Source: Alphaproteobacteria bacterium (GTDB lineage Bacteria; Pseudomonadota; Alphaproteobacteria; Rickettsiales; UBA8987). From it: 64,000 nucleotides of DNA. Positions within the stretch are counted from its first letter, which is position 1; the number at the start of each line of letters is the position of its first letter. Location of the stretch: assembly GCA_031426355.1 (NCBI GenBank), contig JANPLD010000118.1, forward strand, positions 3,477 through 67,476. The letters run 5' to 3'. Below the pieces are notes generated by a model. The model had not been told where the DNA came from and made no database searches. It saw only the letters and a program-made list of their open reading frames with translations. A program made the translations under genes and the position numbers. Of the stretch, positions 28,888-38,595 are shown piece by piece.

Positions 28888-30084
28888 TCAAAGCAATTCA
28901 ATTTCTTTGCTAACCCCTAACACTTCCGCCATTGCCGAGGCTTTTATCATAGTTTCCTGCCATTCAGATTCAGGGCTGCTGTCATATACTATCCCCCCGC
29001 CAACCTGAAATTCAAATTTATTCCCTTGGATTATAATAGTTCTTATCACTACAGAAAACTGACAGATATCTTCATTTATCAACCCCAATATACCGCTATA
29101 TATTCCTCTTTTTATACCCTCCAACTCAGAGCATAATTTCATCGCCTGTATCTTTGGCGCTCCTGTCATGGAACCGGGTGGAAAAATAGCCTTTATCAGG
29201 TCAAAACTGGTATTGCCCTCCTTCAACTTTCCAACAATAGTTGAATGCATATGGGAAATATTCTTGAATGAGGAAGTTTCAAAAAGCCCCCTTACCTTAA
29301 CACTTCCAGCCTCGCAGGCACGCGCAAGATCATTACGCATCAAATCAGTTATCATCAGATTCTCTGACTGGTCCTTACCGCTGACTGAAAGCTCACCCTG
29401 CGCCCCTGCCCTTGCAGAGCCTTTTATAGGGCATGTTACCGCATTACCTTCACCATCAACCTTTAAAAACAATTCCGGGCTTGATGAAATTATATAAGTC
29501 TCGCCAACTTTATAAAACACACTATACGGCGCTGGGCTAAGAACAGATAACTTTGCAAATAATGCAAATGCATTAACATCACCTTCAAACTCTCCATAAA
29601 ATTTCCGCGTAAGGTTCGCCTGATAAACATCACCACGCTCAATTCTCCCTCTTATAGTTTTAATTTTATCAAGATACTCCGCCTTACTCATATCAGAGCG
29701 CACATATTTCACTTCCGGCTTTTTATAATTCCCAGCAGAATATTCAGATAATATTTTCTGTAATTCTCCCGGCTCATAATTTTCTTTTTGAGAAAACTCG
29801 GAAAAATTTACATCATCATTTTTTATAAAAAAATCTTTATCCTCGGGAAGTTTTTCCAGTTTATTTTTAAGCCCATAACCAAGCCACCCAAAAAGATATT
29901 TACCTCTGCTATTTTTTATTTTCTTTTCTAGAACATCAAGATCACTACCGCGAACTAAATCATTTTCATCACTTAACAGAAATGAATTCTTATCACTATA
30001 AGGCACGAACTTACCCGTATGCAGCAACGCAAAATTTTTATCTGATGATATTAAATTTTTTATATTTCTCATTTTTCCGGTCAC
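28888..30084 (-). CDS. pabB: aminodeoxychorismate/anthranilate synthase component I family (short PabB-like)
   Basis: 398 aa; chorismate-binding domain motifs SSPELFLKV, CPIKGSA, PPGSMTGAPK, GIYSGILG, VGGGIVYDSSPESEWQET; start codon uncertain. Confidence 0.75.
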   Translation of the reverse strand: MTGKMRNIKNLISSDKNFALLHTGKFVPYSDKNSFLLSDENDLVRGSDLDVLEKKIKNSRGKYLFGWLGYGLKNKLEKLPEDKDFFIKNDDVNFSEFSQKENYEPGELQKILSEYSAGNYKKPEVKYVRSDMSKAEYLDKIKTIRGRIERGDVYQANLTRKFYGEFEGDVNAFALFAKLSVLSPAPYSVFYKVGETYIISSSPELFLKVDGEGNAVTCPIKGSARAGAQGELSVSGKDQSENLMITDLMRNDLARACEAGSVKVRGLFETSSFKNISHMHSTIVGKLKEGNTSFDLIKAIFPPGSMTGAPKIQAMKLCSELEGIKRGIYSGILGLINEDICQFSVVIRTIIIQGNKFEFQVGGGIVYDSSPESEWQETMIKASAMAEVLGVSKEIELL

Positions 30085-30161
30085 TATTGACGAAACCTAT
30101 ATAACGACTATTACTACCCACAGCAACTGAACTCTGAATTCGAAACCCAATTATTAAAACC

Positions 30162-31088
30162 ATGTTCAATCCTGACCTCATAATTGAAAGAAGCAAACTC
30201 AAAAAACAGATATCATCATGGAGGTTACTTGCTTTCCTCGCGCTGATACTCCTGATATTCGCGGCTTTCAGCGACACCGCAAACTTTGGCAGCGTTAATC
30301 CGATGAGCAGCGGTTACATCGCCCGCATCAAGATCGAAGGCATTATATATGAGAACAGAACCCGCGATGAGATAATTAAAGAGATAGCAGAAGATAATAA
30401 CATCAAAGCCGTGATTCTGGATGTTAACAGCCCGGGCGGCAGTGCAGTCGGTGGCGAAACACTTTACAAAGCAATTAAAGACCTCAACGCTAAAAAACCT
30501 GTCGTCACCACAATGAATAGTTTAGCGGCTTCCGCAGGCTATTTAATTACACTAGGTTCTGAAAGGATCTTCGCACATAACGGAACCATCACTGGCTCCA
30601 TCGGTGTGATAATGGAAATACCAAATGTCAAAGCGCTTGCAGATAAGATTGGCGTTCGTTTTGATTACGTAAGAACTTCCCCTATCAAAGGTTCCCCTAC
30701 CCTTTTTGAAGAAAAGAACGAAGCCGCATTAAAAGTTCTCAATGACATGATGCAGGATTTCTTCGTTTATTTTAAATCCATAGTTGCTGAAGAACGCAAC
30801 CTTGACAAAGCAACCGTTGATAAACTTGCAGATGGCAGAATATTCTCTGGCGCGGCCGCAAAAAGAAGCGGCCTTATAGATGAGATCGGCGGCGAAGATG
30901 AAGCAGTAAAATGGCTAAAAAAAGTTAAGAAGATCGATAAAGATCTTGAGGTAAGGGAAGTAAAACTTTCCCGCACCGAAGACAGGCTTGAGGAATTTTT
31001 CGGCGGAGCATCTGAAAGCCTCTCCCTCCCAAGTCAGTTTGAAGCCATATATAACAAATTCCTTAACGGCCTTGGTTTAATGTTGTAA
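30162..31088 (+). CDS. sppA: signal peptide peptidase SppA (36K type)
   Basis: 308 aa; N-terminal TM, NSPGGSAVGGE, SLAASAGYLI serine motif. Confidence 0.85.
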   Translation: MFNPDLIIERSKLKKQISSWRLLAFLALILLIFAAFSDTANFGSVNPMSSGYIARIKIEGIIYENRTRDEIIKEIAEDNNIKAVILDVNSPGGSAVGGETLYKAIKDLNAKKPVVTTMNSLAASAGYLITLGSERIFAHNGTITGSIGVIMEIPNVKALADKIGVRFDYVRTSPIKGSPTLFEEKNEAALKVLNDMMQDFFVYFKSIVAEERNLDKATVDKLADGRIFSGAAAKRSGLIDEIGGEDEAVKWLKKVKKIDKDLEVREVKLSRTEDRLEEFFGGASESLSLPSQFEAIYNKFLNGLGLML

Positions 31089-31178
31089 TTTAATGGTTTA
31101 AAGGTAATAATCATTTGATTTAGCTGAAAAATTAGATAAGACTAATTTTAGAACCCAACCCCTAATTGCTGATTAAAC

Positions 31179-31463
31179 ATGACAAAATCAGAACTTGTAA
31201 AGATACTGAATGAGAAACACCCTCAATTACAACTGAAAGATGCCGCAGGCATCGTTGATCTCTTTTTTGACATGCTTACAGATTCACTCAAAGGTGATGG
31301 CAGGATAGAACTCCGCGGGTTTGGAACATTCACTATCCGCAAACGTGCAGCCCGTCAGGCGCGCAACCCTAGAACAGGTGATAAGGTAACGGTCGGTGAA
31401 CGCAAAGTGGTCTACTTCCGCGCCGGTAAAGGCCTTAAAGACAAGATTAATAAAGTTGTATAG
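31179..31463 (+). CDS. ihfB: integration host factor beta subunit (HU/IHF family)
   Basis: 94 aa; RIELRGFGTFTIRKRAARQARNPRTGDKV, YFRAGKGLKD. Confidence 0.85.
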   Translation: MTKSELVKILNEKHPQLQLKDAAGIVDLFFDMLTDSLKGDGRIELRGFGTFTIRKRAARQARNPRTGDKVTVGERKVVYFRAGKGLKDKINKVV

Positions 31464-31506
31464 TCATATACAACGACTAAATCCTAAATACTAACAACTA
31501 GCATAT

Positions 31507-32112
31507 ATGCAGCCATTCACAAAATTAACAGGCAGGTGTGCCCCTCTTCCGTTATCTAACATTGATACGGATATGATAATCCCGAAACAATTCCTGAAGA
31601 CCATCAAACGTACCGGCCTTGGCAAAAACTTATTTGATGAGATGCGCTTTACTAATGATGGCATAGAGATACCTTCATTCATTTTAAACCAGCCTGCCTA
31701 TCGCAATGCATCAATATTGATCGCCGGGCAGAATTTCGGCTGCGGCTCCTCTCGCGAGCATGCTCCATGGGCAATACTTGATTTCGGCATACGCTGCGTA
31801 ATAGCACCAAGCTACGCCGATATATTCTACAATAACTGCTTCAAGAATGGCATACTACCTTTAGTTCTATCTCAGGAACAGGTAGATGAAATAACCAAAT
31901 ATGCTGAGAATGAAAATAATTCCGTTGAAATAAACCTCGAAACTCAAACCGTTTCTGCAAACGGCAAAGCCTATAAATTCGAGATAGACTCCTTTCGCAA
32001 ATATTGCCTGATAAACGGCTTAGATGATATTGGCCTAACTCTAGAAAAAGAGAAAAATATCATATCCTACGAAGACAAGATGAAATCCCAAACCCCTTGG
32101 CTTTGGAATTAA
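31507..32112 (+). CDS. leuD: 3-isopropylmalate dehydratase small subunit (aconitase swivel-domain protein)
   Basis: 201 aa; [43 protein letters not shown]; no leuC adjacent. Confidence 0.85.
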   Translation: MQPFTKLTGRCAPLPLSNIDTDMIIPKQFLKTIKRTGLGKNLFDEMRFTNDGIEIPSFILNQPAYRNASILIAGQNFGCGSSREHAPWAILDFGIRCVIAPSYADIFYNNCFKNGILPLVLSQEQVDEITKYAENENNSVEINLETQTVSANGKAYKFEIDSFRKYCLINGLDDIGLTLEKEKNIISYEDKMKSQTPWLWN

Positions 32113-32334
32113 ACCAATTATTGTCATCGCCCGAGCTTTCGTAGAAAACTATAAGGTGATCCAAGACTGCAAGATTAATAATATTGCAGGATATGAAAAT
32201 ACCAAAATCCAGAAAACCTAAAGAAGATTTATTCCTATCTAAAATTTCTAACAAAAGGATAAGGAAAAACAAAATTTGGAAAGAATTTAATACCTAAAAA
32301 CAATAAACATCATAAGCAATGTTACAAAAATAAC

Positions 32335-32365
32335 CCTGGATTCCAACCGTTGGCTAAAATCCAGG
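32335..32365 (-). terminator. hairpin terminator after Cys-repeat protein gene
   Basis: 8-bp stem cctggatt / aatccagg; on minus strand followed by ttattttt. Confidence 0.55.
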
Positions 32366-32386
32366 AAGTAAAAGTAAATTATTAAT

Positions 32387-32851
32387 CTAACAACCTGCTA
32401 AACAAACATTTTTTTGATTCTTAGCAGCTTCTAACCTATCATCTGCTACAGTTTTACAAATGGTTCTTTGCTCTAAAGTTTGCGCATTGTTCAAACAATT
32501 TTTCTTTTCATCATTAATAGTCTTTTTTTGAACTTCGAAAGCAGCATTACATGCTGAGGTACAAGCTTTAAATGCGACTACACAATTTTTCTTACATTGC
32601 TTCGCTTCATCTTCCGCACTTTTAATGGCTATTTTTGCTACAGCTTTACACGCGCTTTTCTGCTCTGGAGTAGTTGCTGACTGAAGACATGCATCTCTTT
32701 GAACTTTTGCCGCATTTTTTTTAGCATCCAAGGCCATATTACAGTTTAATTTACAGGCTTCGCTGTTTGAACCACCGCCATTCTGCGCAAGTGCAATACC
32801 TGAATATGACATAGCAATAGTAAAGCTTATTAGTGTGATTAATTTTTTCAT
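32387..32851 (-). CDS. secreted Cys-patterned tandem-repeat protein
   Basis: 154 aa; signal peptide MKKLITLISFTIAMSYSGIALA; two copies of CX3C-x17-CX12C-x17-CX3C. Confidence 0.55.
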   Translation of the reverse strand: MKKLITLISFTIAMSYSGIALAQNGGGSNSEACKLNCNMALDAKKNAAKVQRDACLQSATTPEQKSACKAVAKIAIKSAEDEAKQCKKNCVVAFKACTSACNAAFEVQKKTINDEKKNCLNNAQTLEQRTICKTVADDRLEAAKNQKNVCLAGC

Positions 32852-32891
32852 AGGATCCTCTTTTTGATAAAGACCAAAATTGGTCTAATAC

Positions 32892-32923
32892 ACTATATAT
32901 AAAATTTGTTACGAGATTGTTAC
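32892..32923 (-). promoter_or_regulatory. variant box plus -10: GTAA-caatctc-GTAAC-aaattttata-TATAGT
   Basis: Same 32-nt geometry as the TTAA-N7-TTAAC boxes but both half-sites start with G; -10 ends 40 nt before ATG 32851. Confidence 0.4.
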
Positions 32924-32983
32924 GAAATTAATCTTTTTTTAACTTATTTTATAACCATTTGATCTTTATAGATAATTAACTAC

Positions 32984-33613
32984 TTATTTCTTCTCTTTTA
33001 ATTCCCTCAGCTTTTTAGCCCTGTAATGCCTGAACATATAAACTGATATCAGCAACGCAGCGAAAGTAACAAGACCAACTTTCACATAAAACAGATACGG
33101 CTTAATAAGGTGGCTATGCTCACCTATCATATAACCAAGTGTCAGCAATATACCCATCCATAATATTCCGCTGAGCAAACAATAGAACAGATATTTACTT
33201 ACCTTCATATTCGCCAGCCCCGCCGGGAAACCTATATAATGTTTTACCGCCGGCAATAACCTGCCTGTAAAAACAGATATACCGCCATGGTCTTTAAAAT
33301 ACTCTTCAACCTTGGCAAATTTCTCATTGGACATCATGAATATTTTCGGATGCTTGAGCAAAAGGCTTTTACCGTAATGAACTGCAATCCAGTAATTGAT
33401 ATATCCGCCCGCAACAGACCCGGAAACACTCGCAATAAGAACTAATGTAAAATCAAGATGCCCCTCATGAACAAGGTAACCCGCCGGTATCATTGTTAGC
33501 TCAGCAGGTATTGGGATAAACGTGCTTTCTATAAGTGTCATGAAAAAAATGCCGAAATATCCAAGCCTTTCAACAAAACTCACTAAAAATTCGGTCGCCT
33601 GATCAAAATCCAT
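32984..33613 (-). CDS. DedA-family membrane protein
   Basis: 209 aa; ESTFIPIPAE, GYLV..G, RLLPAVKHYIGFPAG pattern typical of DedA/SNARE-associated family. Confidence 0.85.
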   Translation of the reverse strand: MDFDQATEFLVSFVERLGYFGIFFMTLIESTFIPIPAELTMIPAGYLVHEGHLDFTLVLIASVSGSVAGGYINYWIAVHYGKSLLLKHPKIFMMSNEKFAKVEEYFKDHGGISVFTGRLLPAVKHYIGFPAGLANMKVSKYLFYCLLSGILWMGILLTLGYMIGEHSHLIKPYLFYVKVGLVTFAALLISVYMFRHYRAKKLRELKEKK

Positions 33614-33812
33614 TCAATATCCCGTATTAAAAATTTTTTCCGATATACAACAGATAATAGTTTTTTAAAATGTAAAAATGCCTCATTGAATAAATTTATT
33701 TATTCTAATTACGGATTAAAAAATAAATCTCTTTTTGAAATTTTTTATAAGGAAAGTTTCATATATTTTGTTATACTGCATAAGTTAGCAATAAAAAAAT
33801 AGCAGTCTTTTT

Positions 33813-34439
33813 ATGGCTTATTCCTCCAATCGGGCCTCGCAGTTTTTTTCGGGGCCCGATAAGAACATAAACATCGTTCTCGCCGCCAGCGCAGTTAATG
33901 CGCTGATCATTTTTGGCATTTTATATGCCCTTGAATATGAACATAACCTGCTTGAATTTTTCATTACATTCCGCACATTAGGTTTGGCATTACTCGCCTA
34001 TAAATTCCGCTCCGGCCTGAAAAGGGATTTCGGCAAATTCCTTTGTGGCATCAATATATTCCTCGCCATAATCGCCAATTACTTTGTCTATAACGGCGAT
34101 ATAAATGACAGCGGCTGGGAAATGATGGACACAATAATCATAGAAAAAGCCTCAGAAAAAATGAATGATGCCAGTGATAACGCCAGCACCACTTTTGATG
34201 AAGCAACCGCGCAGGCACAAAAACAGGTGAATAAAGTAGCCGCTCAGGTTCCCGTTCCAGCCCCGGTATCAACCGCGCCATTTGAAATAAAACCACTTAA
34301 GATTAATCTGCCCAACCTTCCACCTATTAACCAGCAGATACAACAACCCACAATTCAGCAACAGCAACCACAAGCAACCCAGCCTACAAGGCAACAACCC
34401 TCTGACCCACTCAGGCAAGGCTATTCCATCGGTAACTAA
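33813..34439 (+). CDS. hypothetical membrane protein with Q/P-rich C-terminal tail
   Basis: 208 aa; 3-4 hydrophobic helices then QQIQQPTIQQQQPQATQPTRQQP. Confidence 0.45.
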   Translation: MAYSSNRASQFFSGPDKNINIVLAASAVNALIIFGILYALEYEHNLLEFFITFRTLGLALLAYKFRSGLKRDFGKFLCGINIFLAIIANYFVYNGDINDSGWEMMDTIIIEKASEKMNDASDNASTTFDEATAQAQKQVNKVAAQVPVPAPVSTAPFEIKPLKINLPNLPPINQQIQQPTIQQQQPQATQPTRQQPSDPLRQGYSIGN

Positions 34440-34537
34440 CCTTTAGATATTACATCTTTCAAAAAGCAAAATGGCCAATAATATTTCTATTATCAGCCAT
34501 ATAAAATTAATTTAACTCAGATATTTGAGCTAAATAT

Positions 34538-36694
34538 CTAATCTTTATCTTTAACTTTATCCTTGTCTTTTGCAGGGATCTTTCTTCCGCCGCCAACCCT
34601 TTCAACTACCGGGCCGGAATTCATACTGGTAAAGAACTCATCATTGGTTTTTGTCTCACGTATCTTCTCCATCAGGAACTCCATTGCGTCCATAGAACCC
34701 ATTGGGGAAATGATTTTACGTAATATCCAAACTTTCTGCATCTCACCTTCATCATAAAGAAGTTCTTCATGACGCGTGCCTGAACGAAGTATATCAATAG
34801 CCGGGAATATTCTTTTATCAGCAAGCTTACGATCAAGCACAACTTCCGAGTTACCTGTACCTTTGAATTCCTCGAATATCACCTCATCCATTCTTGAACC
34901 AGTCTCAATAAGAGCTGTCGCAATGATCGTCAGTGAACCGCCATTCTCAGTATTCCTTGCTGCACCGAAGAATCTTTTCGGCCTTTGAAGCGCATTCGCA
35001 TCCACACCACCTGTAAGTACTTTACCAGAGGATGGCACAACGGTATTATAAGCACGCGCCAGCCTTGTGATCGAATCAAGGAGGATAACAACATCCCTAC
35101 CATGCTCTACAAGCCTGCGGGCCTTCTCAATAATAAGTTCTGCTAACTGTACGTGGCGTGTTGCCGGCTCATCAAATGTCGAGCTTACAACTTCACCTTT
35201 TACCGTACGCGTCATATCCGTAACCTCTTCCGGGCGCTCATCTATCAGAAGAACAATAAGGTCAACTTCCGGATGGTTAGTTTCAATTGATTTCGCGATC
35301 GTTTGCAGAAGTACCGTTTTACCTGAACGAGGAGGCGCCACAATCAAAGCCCTTTGCCCTTTTCCAAGCGGAGAAACAAGGTCAATAACGCGCGCTGCAT
35401 TATTATTCTTATCAGTGCTAGGCAATTCCATCTTGAGTTTTTTATCAGGATAAAGCGGCGTCAGATTGTCGAAATTCGTCTTTTTGCCAAGCCTTCCATG
35501 AAGGTCAATACCATTAACACTTTTAATCCTTGTTAATGCGAAATACCTCTCACGCAATTTTGGCGCACGCACCTCACCTTCAACCGTGTCACCAGTCCTA
35601 AGCGAAAATCTTTTCACCTGATTTGGCGATACATAAACGTCATCAGGACCAGCACGGTAATTATATTCTCTCGAACGGAGGAACCCGAAACCATCAGGCA
35701 TTATCTCTAAAACACCTTCAAATATAACAATACCTTCCTGCTGCTCCATCATCACGCGGAGTATGTGGAAGATAATTTCCTGCTTAAGCATGAAGTTTGA
35801 ACCTTCAATACCAGCTTCACGGGCTAATTCTATCAGCTCTTCCGCAGGTTTTGATTTAAGGTCTTTCACGAATAATGTCGGAACATCCTTCGCTTGTGTA
35901 AATCCGCCTTCAGCATCTTCACCATTATCATCTTGTGGTGGTACGAAATCAGGCGCCTTACCCGCTACAGAATTAGAGATGTAATCATACTCATTATTCA
36001 TTGGCGGAACCGCGCTACCTGATACTATTGCCGGGTTCACATTTGGATCCATCGCCTCAGGATTCTGGTTTGCATCAACCCTTACTGGCTGTGGCTGCCT
36101 TTCAAAACCGCCATCATTACCATTTTTCTCAGGCCTGTTATTGTCATATCTATCGTTATTACGATCATTATTGCGGTTATCATATCTACCGCCGCCTCTA
36201 TTATTATCATATCTGTCGTTACTATTACGGTTGTCATATCTTCCGCCACCGCCGCTATTATTCCTGTCGTTACGGTCATTTCTTCCCCTGCCACCGTTAC
36301 GGTCATTCCTGTCATTATTATTGCGATCGTTACGGAAATTATTCCTGCGAGGTGCGCCGTTATTATGCCCGCCAGAACCGCCGCCATTCCCTCTGTTGTC
36401 ATCACGGTTACCCCTTTCATAGCCACCGCCTTCACCTCTATCGCCCCTTACATCGCCTCGACCCTCAGCCCTCGTCCCGCCTTGGTTAGGTGCATTATCA
36501 CCATTACTTTCATTTGTAACTACCGGAGCCGCTTGAGCTACCGGAGCTGAAACTGCCGCCGATTGTACTGGAGCCGCCGCTGGAGCTTCTGGAGTTTGTA
36601 CCGAAACTGGTGCTGAAGCATCTGAGCTTCCTTGATCTTTACTTTCTTTCGCTGGAGTTTTACGCGCGGAAAGACCGAGTTTTTCTTCTGTCAT
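34538..36694 (-). CDS. rho: transcription termination factor Rho with ~270-aa low-complexity N-terminal extension
   Basis: 718 aa; canonical Rho from about aa 272 ([22 protein letters not shown]...PDGFGFLRS, Walker [10 protein letters not shown] loops); aa 1-270 Ala/Pro-rich then R/G/N/D-rich repeats. Confidence 0.95.
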   Translation of the reverse strand: MTEEKLGLSARKTPAKESKDQGSSDASAPVSVQTPEAPAAAPVQSAAVSAPVAQAAPVVTNESNGDNAPNQGGTRAEGRGDVRGDRGEGGGYERGNRDDNRGNGGGSGGHNNGAPRRNNFRNDRNNNDRNDRNGGRGRNDRNDRNNSGGGGRYDNRNSNDRYDNNRGGGRYDNRNNDRNNDRYDNNRPEKNGNDGGFERQPQPVRVDANQNPEAMDPNVNPAIVSGSAVPPMNNEYDYISNSVAGKAPDFVPPQDDNGEDAEGGFTQAKDVPTLFVKDLKSKPAEELIELAREAGIEGSNFMLKQEIIFHILRVMMEQQEGIVIFEGVLEIMPDGFGFLRSREYNYRAGPDDVYVSPNQVKRFSLRTGDTVEGEVRAPKLRERYFALTRIKSVNGIDLHGRLGKKTNFDNLTPLYPDKKLKMELPSTDKNNNAARVIDLVSPLGKGQRALIVAPPRSGKTVLLQTIAKSIETNHPEVDLIVLLIDERPEEVTDMTRTVKGEVVSSTFDEPATRHVQLAELIIEKARRLVEHGRDVVILLDSITRLARAYNTVVPSSGKVLTGGVDANALQRPKRFFGAARNTENGGSLTIIATALIETGSRMDEVIFEEFKGTGNSEVVLDRKLADKRIFPAIDILRSGTRHEELLYDEGEMQKVWILRKIISPMGSMDAMEFLMEKIRETKTNDEFFTSMNSGPVVERVGGGRKIPAKDKDKVKDKD

Positions 36695-36777
36695 ATATAT
36701 TGTTTGTTAGTTTAAGTTTTAGATTAGATTGTTTGGATAATATTTTGGAATAATTGGATATTATTGATTTTGATGAG
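36695..36777 (-). promoter_or_regulatory. G-free, C-containing 5' leader directly upstream of rho start (rut-like)
   Basis: Plus strand has no C for 83 nt (36695-36777), so the minus-strand RNA has no G but about 20 percent C; 10-11-nt phased TTGGATAAT-like units. Confidence 0.5.
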
Positions 36778-36973
36778 CTAAAAATTGCTTATAAGTACAA
36801 ATGTTATCTGATCTTATAAAACGGAATCTAGCGGAGGTAATCTAAAGACGAGTAGGCATTGCACCCAGCTCTTTAATTAGAACTCACATTATGCCTTGAA
36901 GCACCAGAGTTGCCCTCATTCTATACAGATAAAAACACCTGTCAAAGGGTATTTTTTAATTATAATCATTTAT

Positions 36974-38491
36974 TTAAGTAAGCTCCATACCCTTCTTCAA
37001 GGCTTTTTGCATATTCACTTCTCCATTAGATTTTTCCGAATTGATGGCTTTTATCGTATTTGAAAACTCACTTGCCAACCTGTTAAGCTCCTCTAACTGT
37101 TCCGGTGCCATTACACCCTCAAACATCTTTGGATGATCTTTTAAAAACTTCTCAATTTCCTCAATTTTATAAATGCATGGGCAATAACTTCTCATCTCTT
37201 CACCATTCCGCAGATCATAAGATTCAGGTAATTGCTGCTCAAATATATGCTGGAATTTAACTTTTCTTTTTTCTCCACCGCCATCAATATCAATTCCTTC
37301 CTCTTTCACTTTGTATAAAATAGCTTGAAAAAGCTTCTGAAATTCACGCCTGAACTCCTCATAGTTATGAATATCAGGCTTTATACTTTCCAAATATTCA
37401 TAACCTTTTATATAAAGCTCCTGGGACTTCTTATTTAATTTATCAAAATTATCATTGAATTCCTTACTATCACCACCAGGTTTAATCTTATCAAAAATTG
37501 TTTGAATATCATGTATGCCATCACCATCTTTTTCAGGGATGGACTTCACAACTTTATTGATAGTTTTATCTAATTTATACATGAACTCCAAAAGCTCATG
37601 CGGGTAAAAATAACTTCTTTTTTTAAAATTTTCCTGATCATTAATTTTACTAGGTTCAAAATCTTTAAATACTTTTTTAAAGTTTTCCTCCCATATTTTT
37701 TCAGGATTATTTATTAAATCATGAACGGCAATTTCTTTTAATTCTATCTTGCCATCAATTTCTTTATGATGTTTTTTGTAATATTTATTTATATCTTTAA
37801 GTGCTTCTTTTGAATTTTCCTCAAAGCCTTTCCCTAACTGCCTCACTTTATCAAATCGTTCCTGGAAATTTTCAGGAAAATAAAATCTGGTTGCTTCGTT
37901 TTCATGGGCCTTATCTATGACAGACACCATATTTATATAGCCATCATCAATTACTATATAGCGGTCTGCAAATTTATATAATTGGTTTTCAGCACCTATG
38001 CTTCTATTAGGATCAACGAAGGAATATCTTATAGGTACATCCCACCTTTCAGATTTATAAGGACGATTATTATTTATATGATCAGTAATCTGCTGGGATA
38101 GATTAGATTTTAATCCGGATATTTCCTCCGAAAGTTTATTGGCAGAGCTTAATAAAGATTCCTCTGACATTATCTTCATAACATCTCCCGCAGGCATAGA
38201 TATTAATGTTTCAAAAAATTGTTTTTGATCTTTATCCATCCATGAATTGATATTCCCTGAAGAATACTTAGCTAAAAGCACATCTCTTTCATCAGGCGTC
38301 ATTTCATTCTTAAAAACGGCATCATATGTATGATATTGCTCAAAAAAAGTGTCATAAGTATAGGGGTTTGTGATTACTTCCTTAATATATTTCTGCGGAT
38401 CAGTTTTCCAGAGTCCGTTAGGTTCATGCTCTTTATCATATTGCAGCCTTTGAGCTGCGGCTTTAATTATATCTAATGGCGTAACAGGCAT
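36974..38491 (-). CDS. hypothetical protein (orphan, 505 aa, K/E-rich helical)
   Basis: Long ORF with SD (aagggg) and own box promoter; no motif recognised. Confidence 0.55.
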   Translation of the reverse strand: MPVTPLDIIKAAAQRLQYDKEHEPNGLWKTDPQKYIKEVITNPYTYDTFFEQYHTYDAVFKNEMTPDERDVLLAKYSSGNINSWMDKDQKQFFETLISMPAGDVMKIMSEESLLSSANKLSEEISGLKSNLSQQITDHINNNRPYKSERWDVPIRYSFVDPNRSIGAENQLYKFADRYIVIDDGYINMVSVIDKAHENEATRFYFPENFQERFDKVRQLGKGFEENSKEALKDINKYYKKHHKEIDGKIELKEIAVHDLINNPEKIWEENFKKVFKDFEPSKINDQENFKKRSYFYPHELLEFMYKLDKTINKVVKSIPEKDGDGIHDIQTIFDKIKPGGDSKEFNDNFDKLNKKSQELYIKGYEYLESIKPDIHNYEEFRREFQKLFQAILYKVKEEGIDIDGGGEKRKVKFQHIFEQQLPESYDLRNGEEMRSYCPCIYKIEEIEKFLKDHPKMFEGVMAPEQLEELNRLASEFSNTIKAINSEKSNGEVNMQKALKKGMELT

Positions 38492-38521
38492 TATATCCCC
38501 TTTATAATAATGAATTTTTTT

Positions 38522-38553
38522 ATATTACCTTAAAAAGGTTAATTTTTCATTAA
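38522..38553 (-). promoter_or_regulatory. CtrA-type box plus -10: TTAA-tgaaaaa-TTAAC-ctttttaagg-TAATAT
   Basis: Perfect TTAA-N7-TTAAC, N10, -10-like hexamer ending 30 nt before ATG 38491. Confidence 0.6.
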
Positions 38554-38595
38554 TATTACAAAAGTCACCTTATTACAAATCAATACGTTAGACAA

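Noticed and set aside
33688-33705. Perfect 8-2-8 palindrome gaataaat-tt-atttattc in the dedA / ORF 33813 divergent spacer
   Set aside because: It is made purely of A/T plus one G/C pair. Chance occurrence in AT-rich intergenic DNA is plausible and I saw no second copy.
36001-36550. Several plus- and minus-strand ORFs (36001-36489, 36082-36435, 36141-36422, 36365-36550) with repetitive Y/R/H/L-rich translations
   Set aside because: They are alternative-frame or antisense readings of the low-complexity repeat that encodes the Rho N-terminal extension. The rho frame is continuous with a canonical Rho body.
36778-36973. Long spacer upstream of the rho leader, and the 274-nt spacer 32113-32386, examined for tRNA or small RNA genes
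   Set aside because: There is no T-loop (GTTCGAATC-like) or acceptor-stem symmetry and no recognisable ncRNA motif. The content is more simply explained as promoter, leader and terminator sequence.
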